A DNA stretch of 64,000 nt from Eledone cirrhosa (Eukaryota), in the NCBI GenBank assembly GCA_964016885.1, contig OZ024741.1, positions 154,504,001-154,568,000 of the forward strand, read 5' to 3'. The position numbers and the translations under genes are program-made. The notes below the pieces were generated by a model. That model searched no databases. It was not told the DNA's origin and saw only the letters and a list, made by a program, of their open reading frames with translations. Numbering within the stretch: position 1 is the first letter of the stretch; every line of letters starts with the position of its first letter. Shown here piece after piece: positions 11,701-24,833 of this stretch.

Positions 11701-13606
11701 GGGACCAGCAGTACAAGTCAGCAGCAGCGTAGTAAGTAAGGCAATCAAAGATATGAAGATGGGGAAGGCAACCGGTCCATCGGGTATAGCTGCCGAGATG
11801 CTGAAGGCATCTGGGTCTGTAGGTCACACTATAACCACATGTATCGTTAACCAGGTAATACTAGAAGGGGCCATACCAAAAGATTGGTGCAGTAGCATCA
11901 TTGTCAACTGCTACAAAGGTAAAGGCGATGCACTAGATAGAGGAAACTATAGAGGTATAAGGTTGATGGACCAGGTCATGAAAGTAACAGAAAGAGTTAT
12001 AGCACAGCTGTGAGGCAATTACAGGAAAAGTACCTAGCTAAAAGTAAGCCACTCTACTTGGCATTTGTCGACCTTGAGAAAGCCTTTGACAGAGTTCCAC
12101 GTGCTGTAATCTGGTGGGCTCTTAGAAAACTAGGAGTAGATGAATGGCTTGTGAAAGCGGTACAAGCCATGTATAGGGGAGCAGTCAGCAAAGTTAGGAT
12201 TAGCAATGAGTATAGCGAGGAATTTAGCGTACAGGTTGGGGTCCACCAGGGCTCTGTTCTTAGCCCTCTCCTGTTCATCATAGTCCTGCAGGCAATAACG
12301 GAGGAGTTTAAGACCAGATACCCATGGGAACTCCTGTATGCTGATGACCTCGCACTCATAGCTGATTCTATGGTAGAACTAGAGAATCGATTCCAAACCT
12401 GGAAGCAGGGACTAGAGAGAAAGGGTCTCAAAGTCAACATGACAAAGACTAAGGTCCTTGTAAGTAGACGAGAAAACAGAACCCAGATCCCCTCAGGGAA
12501 ATGGCCTTGCTCAGTATGTAGGAAAGGTGTAGGTAGGAACTCCATTCTCTGCCCCAAATGCAAACAATGGGTACACAAGAGATGTAGCGGGATCTCAGGA
12601 AGCTTAATTAAGAATGTAGGATTCACATGCAGCAGCTGTGCTGAAACAGCAAGCAGCAAACAGCCACAGGAAACAAGTACCACCAATCTCTGGGAGGGCC
12701 CTGTAGAAACAGTAGACAGCTTCTGCTACCTAGGTGACCGAATTAGCAACGGAGGTGGGTGTTCAGAAAGTACAATAACTAGGGTAAGAACAGGATGGAA
12801 GAAGTTTAGGGAACTACTACCACTGCTAGCTGCAAAAGGCTTCTCCCTCAGAATGAAAGGCAGACTGTATGATGCGTGTATCCGAACAGCGATGTTGCAT
12901 GGTAGTGAGACCTGGGCGCTGAAGGTGGAAGACTTACGTAGATTAGAGAGAAACGAAGCCTGCATGCTCCGATGGATGTGTAACAGTAATATACGTGAAC
13001 GACAAAGCATAAATGAATTGAGAGAGAGACTGAGCATAAGAGGAATCAAATGCTGTGTGCAGGAGAGGCGGTTGCGCTGGTATGGACATGTGATGCGTAT
13101 GAAGGATGACAGCTGCATAAAAAGGTGCAGAGCACTAGAAGTTGATGGAAACCGCGGAGTGGGGAGACTCAAGATGACCTGGGATGAGGTGATAAAAGCC
13201 GACCTTACCCAATTACACCTCTCAAAGAAAATAACACACGACCGTGACTTCTGGCGTCACGCAGTAATACAGAGTACCCGACCTCCCATGAGTACATGCT
13301 GAAGCATATAAACAATATGCCCCCACACCCCCCACCGCAAGGTGGTCATGGAGGTGCCATGGCAAAAAAGCACCCAGCCCACACTGTAAAGTGGACGTGT
13401 AGGCGCCACGAAAAAGCACCCAGCACTCACTGTAAATGAGGTTGGTGTTAGGAAGGGCATCCAGCTGTAGAAATCAAGCCAGATCAGTTCCTGTATGAGC
13501 AAGGCATGGTCAGCCGACCAGACACTGCACACAACAGGACAACCCGTCTAACCCATGCTAGCGTGGAAGAACGGACGTAAAACGGTGATGATGATGATGA
13601 TGATGA
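11701..13606 (+). mobile_element. RTE-clade LINE, 5'-truncated, with 3' UTR and (GAT)n tail
   Basis: GKATGPSGIAAEMLK, YKGKGD...NYRGI, FVDLEKAFDRV, GVHQGSVLSPLLF, LYADD; the QFGF segment is missing at ~12010. Confidence 0.95.
12010..13302 (+). pseudogene. RTE reverse transcriptase ORF remnant with PHD-like Cys/His finger
   Basis: 430-aa ORF; YADD; CSVC-x10-CPKC-x3-VHKRC-x14-CSSC after the RT core. Confidence 0.85.
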
Positions 13607-13627
13607 ATAAACAACATAATATAATTA

Positions 13628-13697
13628 TTCCATTACCAAAGGTTTCAAGAAACTAGACGATTCTTACTGAAACATCCAGCCTGTTCGTCAGACAAAA
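13628..13697 (-). ncRNA. Type I hammerhead motif in the left arm of a ~200-bp palindrome (13610-13806)
   Basis: Minus: ttttgt-CTGACGA-acagg-CTGGATG..CGTCTAG-tttctt-GAAA-CC-ttt-GG-TA-atggaa; right arm lacks the CTGACGA core. Confidence 0.6.
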
Positions 13698-15294
13698 TAA
13701 TTATGTTTTGGATAGCCAAAACATAATTATTTTGGCTGGATGTTTCAGTAAGAATCGTCTAGTTTCTTGAAACCTTTGGTAATGGAATAATTATATTGTG
13801 TTGTTTTTTATGTAATTAAATAGCTCTGTACAATACATAGAGCACTCTTCTTTCCTTTACCTTTTCTACAGAAATACTTAACACACACCCGCGTGTACAT
13901 GTACACACACACACACACACACACACCATCATCATCATTTAGCATTCATTTTTCTATGCTTGCATGGGTTAGGTGGGTCATCCATGTCTGGAGACAAGTC
14001 TGCAAGTCTGGCCAGAATTGGCCACCCTGCACCTTGCTCCAATGAAGACAGTAAATTTGGGTGGGGATTTTAGAGTTGGGTGCCCATCTTAACACCAACC
14101 ACATTTACAGTGTGGAACTGGATGGCCTCATTATGAGGAGGGACAGGCCAGTTAGATGAACTCCAAACTACGATACTGGATCAGCCAAATATTGAAGGAT
14201 ACACTCAAGGAAAATCAGCAATTAAAGGTGTTGTGTAGCTTGGATTCAATATCATGCAATACCACCCTTATACACGAAACTGCATTGCCCTGGGGGTGGC
14301 CGATAAGGAAGACAGATGATTTTTTTCATTTGACCAATGTGTTAGGTTGTTGCGTTATGAGGCTCACCAGGTTAGGTGACCATGTGTTTCTTATATGGAT
14401 CTGATTTTGGCTTGGTTTCTGCAGTTGGAAGCCCTTCCTAACATCAACCACATTACAGCATGTACTAGGAGCTTTTCTCCTAACTAACAGAATAACCATG
14501 TAACAGGGTATGTTTTTGTTATGGTACCAGCATGACCACCTTATTGGGTTGTCTGAGTGCTTTTTGTCATTGTGACATGAGCGCTATCACCACACAGGGT
14601 TGACTGAGTGCTTTTCTTTCATGGCACCAGCACTGTGGGAAAGCAGGCATAGAGCATGTCCCACTTTCCATGTATGTATGCATAGGTTGGACAGGAAAGG
14701 TGTATCAGGGGTGTGTAAGGTGGGGTGGGGTGTAGAGTACATCCCCATCAATGTTTAACATGTATTTCCCATGCCCACTTGTGTGAGATAGGGTTCATAC
14801 ATTCCGCTTTTGTTTTGGTATAGCCTCCCCAGCCAGATGTCTTCTGAACCCTAACCAAGAATGTTATTGTGACTCAGGAGGAGCATAACTAGCTTTCTAT
14901 GTTGGCATAGGCTGGATGGAGGGGAATGGGTGGCATGCCTCATTGTATGTTGACATGGGTGAGGGAGATGAAGGTGGGGGCTGCCTTTCCATGCAGGAAA
15001 GAGCTGGACAAATGGTGGGAAAAATTTCTTTTGCTACATGTAGGAGTTGTTGGATGTGCAAGGTAGAGTGGAAATGAAGGAAATGAGTGAGGGAAAACTA
15101 AGGATGGATACTTAGATAATAAGGTGTGGTGGGAGGATGCAGGATGGGGATGGAAGGATGTCTAAGGTAGGGTACTCAGATTATGAGAGGGAGGGGATGA
15201 GTGAGTATTAAGATAAGGGAAGGTGTATGGGGGAGATAAATGAAGACTATTGCCCCCTCCATGTATGTTTAATAGTGTAAGGCAAGTCTTTGGC

Positions 15295-16990
15295 AGTACA
15301 GCATTTCACCAGAGAACTCCACTGGTAATTTGGTCACCCATGTAACAAATGAGGTAGACCACCTTAACCAAAGAATCAATTTGCTTCTTGCACTTTCCAA
15401 ACAGTTTAAGATCATCCATGAACAGTAGATAGTTTATCTTCAACTGCTTCCTGCACCATTTGTATCCCATATCAATTTTCCTTAGCAGCAACAAAAGGGG
15501 TGTTATACATACCACAAACAAAAGAGGCAATACTTTATTGCCTTGACAAATTCCTCTTTTTATGTACACCTCTGCTAACACTGTCCCAGCAGAGCTCAGT
15601 TGTATTTTCCATGTTGTCATACTATTCTTTATAAGTCTAGTCATATTCTCCACAATCCCAAACATCTTTAGGCACTCTAATATCCAGCAGTGGGGAACAA
15701 TATCATATGTGTTTCATTAATCTACTCACACCATAGCCAAGTTTATATGTCTTCACTTGCAATCTCACAGTATTGCTTTATCGATTATCAGCTGATCTTT
15801 AGTATCTCTGCTCCTTCAACTGCATCTATTTTGTTCTTCTGGAAGCATATTTTCAGCATCAATAAATAAGTTCATACTTTCAGTCAAAATTCCTGTCATT
15901 AGTTTTCATATAAATGAAAGACATGATATTGGCTGAAAGTTGTGAACAGCATTCCCTTTTGCAGCATCTTTTAAGTAAAGAATAGTTCTCCCATAGGTCA
16001 TCCAACTTGATATTGGTTTTGTAGTTTAACAGTTTATTGAGCTCTAATGGTATCCTCCTGTGGAGGGATTTGAAACTTTTTAACGAATACTCTTGAACCC
16101 CATTTAAAATCAGATCCTTTCCAAATTGGAATTTTTCAACATTGTGCTCTCACAATTTTCCCTGTGATCACAACTGAGTTTTGCAAGGTACATGGGTACT
16201 TTCATGTTTGATGTTAGTTAACCATTCTGTATCAGCATTGTGTTCTTTGCCTATACCCCAAAATATTCTTGCTTTTTTCTGCATCTGGAATTAAGCTCTC
16301 TTTCTAAACATCAATCACCATTAATAACTTGGTAAAACCTTTTCTGATCAGTCTTGAATGTTCTATTTTTTTTTTTTTATCAAACTATTCTCTGGTCATA
16401 CTGTGACTTTTGCTGCTTTGGCTTTTACCCTTTAGCATTTAAACCGACCATATCCGGCCAGAATTCTCTCACCTCTTTCTGTCCAAACCGGCCATAACTG
16501 GCCACTCATATTGATGTTGAGGTATAGTTCTCAAAATAAATAATATCAAAATCTCATAGATTCAGTATTATGTGAAATATTTATGTGAGATAAAGCTTTT
16601 ACTGTGAAAATACAATAGTAAATATAGAGTAATGGAAATGTTAAAGGGTTAAGTCATTGTTTCAACTCTTCTAAAATACCTAATCTCTTCTTGTTATTTT
16701 GTGCTTCGTGTCTAACTTTTCAAACTTTTGCTCTTTTTGTAACTCTCCCTTTGCTTTCCTTTCAAGCATATTAACATCTCCTAACAACTTAATGTTTTCT
16801 TGAATCCTTATTTTCCATCATGGCTCATCCCTTTCATTCTTTTTGTTCCTTTTAATCCAGGTATCTTTTCCACATATTCCGTGCCAGTTATATATTTCTG
16901 TGATATCTCTCACCTCCATGCATTGAAGCAATCTGTTGATTTGGTTAGTACATAACTAGATGTTTACTTTAAATGCTTTAGATCTTTACA
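15295..16990 (-). mobile_element. Degraded R4/Dong-like non-LTR RT fragment
   Basis: IKRGICQG..LPLLFVVC, LLFMDDLKLFGK; related to the 32506-34860 element. Confidence 0.85.
16428..16648 (+). mobile_element. piggyBac-type MITE
   Basis: Termini ccctttagcatt / aatgttaaaggg; TTAA on the right and TTTA on the left; homologous inverted copy at 50603-50817. Confidence 0.8.
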
Positions 16991-17049
16991 CCACATCAAA
17001 TTACATCTCTTTTATTTTATCTGCAACCTCATAGCTGTAATGCCATTCA

Positions 17050-17575
17050 ACATGGAAAATGATCAGAGAGCTACTCCCACTGTTGACCACAAAAGGTTTC
17101 TCCCTATGTACAACAGGAAGACTGTATGACACCTGTGTGCGAAGTGTGATGCTGCATGGCAGTGAAACATGGGCTGTGACAGCAGAGGATATGTGTAGAC
17201 TGGAGAGAAATGAAACAACCATGCTTTGATAGATGTGCAATGTAAGTGTGAGAGAAAGGTAGAGCTTGGATGAGCTGAGGGAGAAGCTGGGTTTAAGAGG
17301 AATCGAAGGTGGTGTACAGGAGAGAAGACTGTATTGGTACAAACACGTGATGCACATGGATGATGACCACTGGGTAAAGAAGTGCCAGGAAATACCAGTG
17401 GAAAGAAGCTGTAGTGGTGGTAGACCAAGAAAGACCTGTGCAGAGGTTGTCAGAGCTGACCTCAAATCGCTGAGACTCACAAAAGAGATAACAAAAGAAC
17501 ACAACAAGATGCCATGCTGAGAAAATTCGTCCAACTCATGCAAGCATGGGAGAACAGATGTAAAAATGACAATGA

Positions 17576-17578
<3 letters not shown>
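17050..17578 (+). mobile_element. RTE LINE 3' fragment
   Basis: RELLPLL...LHGSETW...RLYWY..VM...GRPRKT, (GAT)n tail. Confidence 0.85.
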
Positions 17579-17606
<28 letters not shown>

Positions 17607-17613
<7 letters not shown>

Positions 17614-17672
17614 ATACTTTGGGAGGGTCATGTTGCCAATAAAGAATCTTGCTAAACAAATTCAGAAACGAT
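17607..17672. mobile_element. 65-bp inverted stub of the Penelope-like family at 43496-50230
   Basis: attgttatactttgggagggtcatgttgccaataa (= ~43557-43592) joined to reverse-complemented agaatcttgctaaacaaattcagaaacga (= ~43501-43529), within (TA)n. Confidence 0.85.
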
Positions 17673-17819
17673 ATATATATCATATACACATAAGGGACCA
17701 CCTCGGTACGCCGAGGTTAACTTTGCCTTTCATCCTTACGGGGTCGATAAAATAAAGTACCAGTAATACACTGGGTAATTGCTGGCCTTGTGCCAAAAGT
17801 AGAAACAATTATGATATGA

Positions 17820-18355
17820 GATTGGGTCACATTTCCATAAAAGTGGCTCACTGACCGCAGGCCCCCAGGGGATAAGTGAGATATTGAATGAGCAATATAA
17901 AAGCGTTTTCACACCTTCAATGAGACACATGCAAGTAAATAAGCCAATGATTTTAAAAAAAAACCCTGCATTACACAGAGAAATGGCACCCATCAACCAT
18001 ATAGATATAAAGGAGAAAGATGTAATATCAGCCTTAGACGAAATGAGACCAAATTCAGCTGCTGGCCATACTGGTTTCCCAGCAATCCTCCTAAAAACAT
18101 GCAAGAAAACATTAGCAAAACCACTGCAGATCCTTTTCCAAAGATGCCTTGCAAGTGGTAAACTACCCGGAAAACTAAAAGAAGACGTAATATGTCCTAT
18201 CCATAAAGGAGAAAGTAGAGCAAAGTCATGGAATGAATCATTAGAAGGAAACTGATTACTTTTCTAGAGGAAAATGGTCTAACTGACACCCATTTGAATG
18301 TGGATGAGATATATCTCAGCTTTGCAAAGGCTTTCGAGAAGGTTGATAATAGAAT
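17820..18355 (+). mobile_element. CR1/L2-group LINE fragment
   Basis: NEQYKSVFT, SAAG..GFPAILLKTC...LAKPLQILF...GKLP...ICPIHKG, VDEIYLSFAKAFEKVD. Confidence 0.75.
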
Positions 18356-18878
18356 TGCACGTCTCAAGCTATGTGGCTGGCATTTTAAAATGGTACTCTC
18401 AATTATATCGTGTGAAACCATTTTGCTGGTTTCAGAGCTGATGAGGGTGAAGATGTGTGAACATGTCTTTCCTTATTTCCTTCTTCCAGTCACTTCTATG
18501 CATCAACACACTTCTCCTTGTCCTCTTTTCTATATTTCATCTACCTGCCACTCACCTCATGGATTGTCTTTCTGCTGACCACTGGCCCCTGGTCTCCGTC
18601 ATCTGAGGCATTTTTGCCCCTTGCTGTCATTGACAACATTTGGCTGTTTTAGCAGCTGTTCTAGAATTGAGTTTTCTTATTTTTCTAGAGGAAAATGCGA
18701 AGTTGAAGATATTAGTGAGTCTTTTACTAATTGAGCTGTTATACATATTTCCATGACAATAGATATCGTGATTTCTTCAGTAAAAGGTAACATTTCTGAG
18801 GCAAATATGCTTTCGTTTTGGTTGTCCGCTCCCTTTCACTCATAATTGATTCAGAAATGTTACCTTTTACTCAATGTT

Positions 18879-18929
18879 GCTGTCTGAAGAAATCGCGATA
18901 TCTATCATCATTGAAATATGTATAACAGC
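18879..18929 (+). ncRNA. Type I hammerhead motif; inverted partial twin at 18735-18780
   Basis: GCTGT-CTGAAGA-AAT.GATA.TATC.ATT-GAAA-TATGTA-TA-ACAGC; perfect 5-bp stem I; lies in inverted repeat ~18680-18982. Confidence 0.75.
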
Positions 18930-19260
18930 TGAATTAGTAAAAGACTCTAACATCTACAACTTCGCATTTTTCTCTTTCTAAAGAAGTAATATAACACGGG
19001 TACTTGAAGGGAATTGCATCCTTGTCTATTGAATATATATTTAGATATAAATATATTAAGAAAAACAATGAATTTTTTTTACATGTAGTTAGTTTTTTAT
19101 TGTTTATCAATAAACTAATACATGTAAATGAAACTTCATTGTTTTTCTTAAAATATACACTCTGACTGTGCATCGAGTGATAATTTCCTTCGAATGAAAC
19201 AGTTCTAGTCCTGTAGAAGCCATTTCTACATTAAATTTGTTATATATATATGTATATATC

Positions 19261-19815
19261 ATCGTCATCATCATCATCGTTTTACGTCCGTTCTTCCACG
19301 CTAGCATGGGTTAGACGGGTTGTCCTGTTGTGAGTAGTGTCCAGTCGGCTGACCTTGTCTTGCTCATACGGGAACTGATTCTGGCTTGATTTCTACAGCT
19401 GGATGCCCTTCCTAACACCAACCTCATTTACAGTGAGTGCTGGGTGCTTTTTTTCCACTGGGTGCTTTTTGCCGTGGCACCTCCACGACCACTTTGCAGT
19501 GGGAGCATATTGTCTATATGCTTCAGCTTTGGCTTGTTCCTGTCGGGGGGGGGGGGGGGGGTCAGGTCTTCTGTGTTACTGCGTGACGCCAGAGGTCATG
19601 GTCGTGTGTCATTGCTCTTGAGAGGTGTAATTGGGTAAGGTCGGCTTTTATCAACTCATCCCAGGTCTTCTTCGGTCTCCCCACTCCGCGGCTTCCATCA
19701 ACTTCTAGTGCTCTGCACCTTTTTATGTAGCTGTCATCCTTCATACGCAACCATACCAACGCAACCTCCTCTTCTGCACAGCATTTAATTCCTCTTATGC
19801 TCAGTCTCTCTCTCA
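19261..19815 (-). mobile_element. 5'-truncated RTE LINE with 3' UTR
   Basis: RMKDDSYIKRCRALEVDGSRGVGRPKKTW; UTR matches 13300-13606. Confidence 0.9.
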
Positions 19816-20366
19816 GGATTAAAATTAAGTTAAATCATTTAATTGATTGACAAATGTTTCAATTAACATAACAGAATATTTATTCCTGCTATACTAATCT
19901 CTTCAGAATATATTAAATAACATTGATAATTACCAACACATGTCCCATAAGATGACCCCAGAGGTCCGAAAATTTATATATATATACTAAGTTTAGTTAT
20001 TACATATATAATATGTACAATGATTATGTTTCTCAATAGAAAAAGCTCAATGGACATTGTCCCAGAGCATCAATAATTCAAATTAAAAGATATATATAAA
20101 GAGAGAGAGAAAAAGCCATATATCATTTGACAAACACATAGTATTTTGGACATATATATATAAAACACATAATATTTAGGAAAAAATACATACTTTAAGA
20201 TGGAAAAGCCATTATTTTCCTTATGGTACCATTTCATAGATAGCAAACTGAAGCAAAACAAAATCGATCTAAGTAATTGATTATCGATTACCAACTATTA
20301 ATTTTGGTAAAGCTATGGAAGTATGTACTTTTTTCCTAAATATTATATGCTTTATATATATATATA

Positions 20367-20822
20367 CAGTAGTGGACTGGCCATCTTGCCAGGTTGCCCA
20401 ATGGCACATGGGCCCAGGGGGTGAAGGTGGTGTATATATATATACATACACACACACAAATATATATACAATGTCAATTAGATCCCTAGGGATTTTTGTA
20501 CAAGTTGAAAGTTGAAAACATGTTATGTATAATATAAATAAATCTATATATACACATGTACATGCACACATATACATGCACTCCCTTATATATATATGAC
20601 CAAAGGTCATTATTGAATGTCTCTGGATTTTGCAAAATACATATTTATTGGAGAAGGTAAGTTATTTTTCCACAAAAATTTGATTGCACTATTTTGTTTA
20701 AACTTATGTATTTTTTGAAAATGTTATTTATTCATTATAAGAATTAAATGATAGCATTCTATATGTAGGTGGGCCCCCTTCATCTCCTGGCAACTCATAT
20801 TTTTAGACCCAGTCCGCCACTA
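20367..20822. mobile_element. hAT-like MITE
   Basis: Imperfect TIRs cagtagtggactgg / ccagtccgccacta, subterminal gggccc motifs, in (TA)n. Confidence 0.55.
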
Positions 20823-21298
20823 TATATATATACAAAATACTTTGTTTCTCAAATGATATATGGCTCTTTCTCTCTCTCTCTATATATATACTTTTAATTT
20901 GAATTATATTATATATATATATAACTTTGATAACTTGTTTTGGCCAGTAATCTCCCAGGCCATGCCTAACTTAATAGCACCACCTGGTAAACTATATATA
21001 TATATACTTTATAAATTTGTCAGTATTTGATATGCCTGCATTATGCTTAAATTCCTTATAGCAGCTTTTTTCGTTTCTTTATACCAGCTTGTTTTTAAGT
21101 TTTTTAATGTCTCTAGCTGCTGATTCTTAATTATATTTATATGATCAGGCTTTTCATGTGCTTTCCTCTCTTATATCAACAAGCAGAGAAACCACCCTTA
21201 GGGTGGTTTTCTGCTAGCATTTGTAATGTGTATATTGATATTATACACAAGTATATATACATGTAATATGATACATCGAATAAAATCGTAATTGACAA

Positions 21299-21572
21299 TC
21301 ATCATCATCATCATCATTTTACGTCCGCTTTTCCCTGCTTGCAAGGGTGGGATGGCAACTGATTCTGGCTTGATTTCTACAGCTGGATGCCCTTCCTAAC
21401 ACCAACCTCATTTACAGTGTGGGCTGGGTGTTTTTTTTACCGTGGCACCCCAGTCCCTATCATCTCATTTCTACAGCTGAGTAAACTGGAGCAATGTGAA
21501 ATAAAGTGTCTTGCTCAAAGAAACAACACATCACCCGGTCTGAGAATTGAACTCACAACCTTTTGATTGCAA
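21299..21572 (-). mobile_element. SINE family B, truncated
   Basis: Reverse complement of ~6615-6927 with an internal deletion. Confidence 0.85.
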
Positions 21573-22271
21573 GAAATTGAACGAAGACTGTTACACTGTT
21601 TTATGTAATCAGTAAAGTAATCCATGATACATTAAAAAAAGACAGTATATATAAACTGCATTAGGAAAAAATTAGTGACAGAAAATTAGTATGTTTATTT
21701 AAGCAATCGCCAACCGGAAGTGTTGACATTTCAGAAATTTTACAGAAGTGAATCTTTAAATAAACAAAATATATTTAATCAACAGCCACATAATTTAGCA
21801 TATAAATTATGTAATATTCATTCATTATTTATTCAAATTAATCCAACTTATTTTACTAATGGGATAAAACATAAACCGTACGCAGTCCCGCACTCCTCCC
21901 TTTATTATAGTTTAGATGTTAATATCTATTATTTATGCTTTCTTCCCATATATGGTTTCTCCAGAATGTTCTTTGAAAACGTTATCTGTGTTCTAATCTT
22001 TGATTTATATTCCAATTATTTGGGCCTTGTGCTTGGTTGAAACGATCATTAGTAATTAAATGTTATTAAACAATCTTTGATTGTTATTTATAAAGTATTC
22101 CCGCTCTGTGTTATTTTACATTGAGCTACTCTCATACTTGTAATTGGATAATATTTAATATTACCCACATTATATATATATATATATATATATATTATTC
22201 AAATATTAGCAAATAAAAAATATTCTCATAATCAAAATATATACTTTATTATATATATTTCAGAGGTACTG

Positions 22272-22302
22272 TGTTATTTTTTCAGTACGTCCTCATCAGA
22301 CA
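22272..22302 (-). ncRNA. Degenerate minimal hammerhead motif
   Basis: Minus: TGT-CTGATGA-ggacgtact-GAAA-aaa-TA-ACA; stem I pairs, stems II and III are weak. Confidence 0.35.
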
Positions 22303-23137
22303 AAATATATGATTTGATATATGACATACCACTACGGTCTTGATTATTCAATTCCAGTATTGGTAGTGATTTATTTCATCAAATGTCAATGTTTATATAC
22401 CACAAATAATATGATAAACTTAAAGAAAAGGACGTAGAGCAAATTCGAGATATGAGAGAGGGTGTAAAGAAGAGGAAAGGCAAGAAAGAAAAAATACATA
22501 CATAAATAGATAAATGAATAAAAAATAAATGGATGAATGAGTAAAAGAAATATATAAAAAAGAAAAGAGGAATAACGACAAAAGACAGAAGGTGTGGGGA
22601 AAGTAAAGGGAACAGAGGGCGATAAAGAAAATAAAGGAACATCAAAAAGAGGGGGATAGAGAAAAAAACCGTTGTTTTCAAATGCTAGATCAAATAGGAC
22701 ATCCAATCAATTCACATAATCAATTGAATATCTTTTGTATTTTATTATGCTTTAGCTAATTATACCTATATATTATATCAAAATTAATCAGTATAGATTA
22801 CTTTCAATTTCATTTGTTAATATTTTGAATAATATTAAAAACTCCAGGAAAACTTTCTGTTGACTGCTTCCAATCTATAGTAAAATTGTATTCTTTGAGT
22901 ATTCAACGAACCATACTAATCTTTGGTCATATAAATATATATATATAAATATAATAATAATATTATTTATACTTATATATACACTATATATAATTATAAA
23001 TAAGGAAAGGTCAGTAATTCATTACTACCAGTAAGAAAAATAGCTCAATGTAAATACATCAGATGTTTTACATAGCAGGAATATAAATGTTTCGAACATA
23101 ATTTTGATTATTCTGAAATTTATATATAAATATATAT

Positions 23138-23481
23138 ATCATCATTTCATCATTTCATTTTACGTCCGCTTTTTCCCTGCTTGCAAGGGTGGGACGGGAA
23201 CTGATTCTGGCTTGATTTCTACAGCTGGATGCCCTTCCTAACACCAACCTCATTTACAGTGAGTGCTGGGTGGTTTTTTGCCGTGGCATCTGCACGACCA
23301 CTTTGCAGTGGAATGATATGGACCCCAGTCCCTATCATCTCATTTCTACAGCTGAGTAAACTGGAGCAATGTGAAATAAAGTGTCTTGCCCAAGGAAACA
23401 ACACATCACCTGGTCTGAGAATTGAACTCACAACCTTTCGATTGCAAGGCCAATGCTCTAACCACTAAGCCATGTGCCTCC
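23138..23481 (-). mobile_element. SINE family B, full length
   Basis: Near-identical reverse complement of 6579-6927. Confidence 0.9.
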
Positions 23482-23741
23482 ATATATATATATGTAAATA
23501 TATCAAGTAAAAGTAACGGAGCAAAGGACTCGCGTATAATCCTGTAATTAAATGAGCTCAAAGGAAATAGTTTTCCTGGGCACTTTAAAATACAATATAT
23601 AGAGGGGAAAGACACAGAAGAGTGTTTTTCATTACAGGAATTTCAAACCACCAGCGTGATAATATAAGCTACTAGAGGCATTGGTAAAACATTAAGATTA
23701 AAAGTATAAATTGAAATGAAAAACCATCCACACCTAAATCA

Positions 23742-23819
23742 CACATGTACACACTCACCAGGAGCATGTTTCGCCATTTTAGTGGGTTCCAATACGGCCC
23801 GGTGGGTCATCAGCATGTG
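23742..23819 (-). ncRNA. Type I hammerhead motif with 8-nt insertion after the core
   Basis: Minus: CACATG-CTGATGA-cccaccgg-GCCGT..ATGGC-GAAA-CATGCTC-ctggt-GAGTGTG-TA-CATGTG; three stems, GUA site. Confidence 0.7.
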
Positions 23820-23892
23820 GAAGGCCGATATTGTCCGCACTACTAGAGGGAACTAAAGTAAACCACCCTTCGCACATGTAGACATAAGAGAA

Positions 23893-23972
23893 ACACATGC
23901 TGATGACTCACCGCGCCGTATTGGAACCCACTAAAATGGCAAAACATGCTCCTGGTGAGTGTGTACATGTGT
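23893..23972 (+). ncRNA. Inverted twin of the 23742-23819 hammerhead (GAAA changed to AAAA)
   Basis: ACACATG-CTGATGA-ctcaccgc-GCCGT..ATGGC-AAAA-CATGCTC-ctggt-GAGTGTG-TA-CATGTGT. Confidence 0.6.
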
Positions 23973-24646
23973 GTTTAGGGGATTTGTTCACTTCCCTAGT
24001 TTGGTTGTATGAACATCTCTTCTATAGGTTTTTTGTAAGTGTATGCACAACAAACAGTTCATAAAAGACATACCTCGATGATTATATATACATAAGCATT
24101 TTAATCACTGAACTAGACGAGACAGGTTACTACATCTGTTGCTCCTTGACTTTGTGTCAGATATTGTCATAAAGGGGATGCGTTGAAATGTATCGTTGAC
24201 CGCATGGTGCATTATAGATGCAACAGGCCAACAAACACGTCTTGTTAGCATGAAAGTCAATGTCGGAAGAGATAGCCTTCAGCTATAGACATCCGAAATA
24301 AGGGCAGTTAATAGTCTGTTTTTAAAACCAGACACCATGTGGCATCATCTTGCTACATGTGATTTAGGTGAGGATGGTTTCTCATTTCAATTTATACTTT
24401 TAATTTTAATGTTTTATCAAGGCCTCTAGTAGCTTATATTATCTTCACGCTGAAATTCCTGTGATGAAAAACACACTCTTCTGTGTCTTTCCCCTCTATA
24501 TATTGTATTATATATATGTGTGTCTGATGGTAGCTAAGAAGCTTCCATAGGCGGTATGCCGGTTGAGCACTCTATGTTCTTACAGAGCAGAGTGTGATAT
24601 AATATAAAACGAAAAATCAGTGATGCATCTGAACTCAATTTATTGT

Positions 24647-24733
24647 GTGTTACAATTGTTTCGCCAGCAGACAGCTCGAGACATGATCATTGTGTGGATC
24701 TGTTTGATTCTGGATCCGCAGGTTCATCGGACA

Positions 24734-24734
<1 letters not shown>
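24647..24734 (-). ncRNA. Type I hammerhead motif with long stem II insert
   Basis: Minus: GTGT-CCGATGA-acctgcgg..(GGATC/GATCC)..ctgctggc-GAAA-CAATTG-TA-ACAC; core U changed to C. Confidence 0.6.
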
Positions 24735-24782
<48 letters not shown>

Positions 24783-24833
24783 CTGTATTAATATATATAT
24801 ATATATATTAATACAGTTATATATATATATAGT

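Noticed and set aside
21710-21722. ETS-like CCGGAAGTG promoter motif
   Set aside because: Single short motif with no associated gene start
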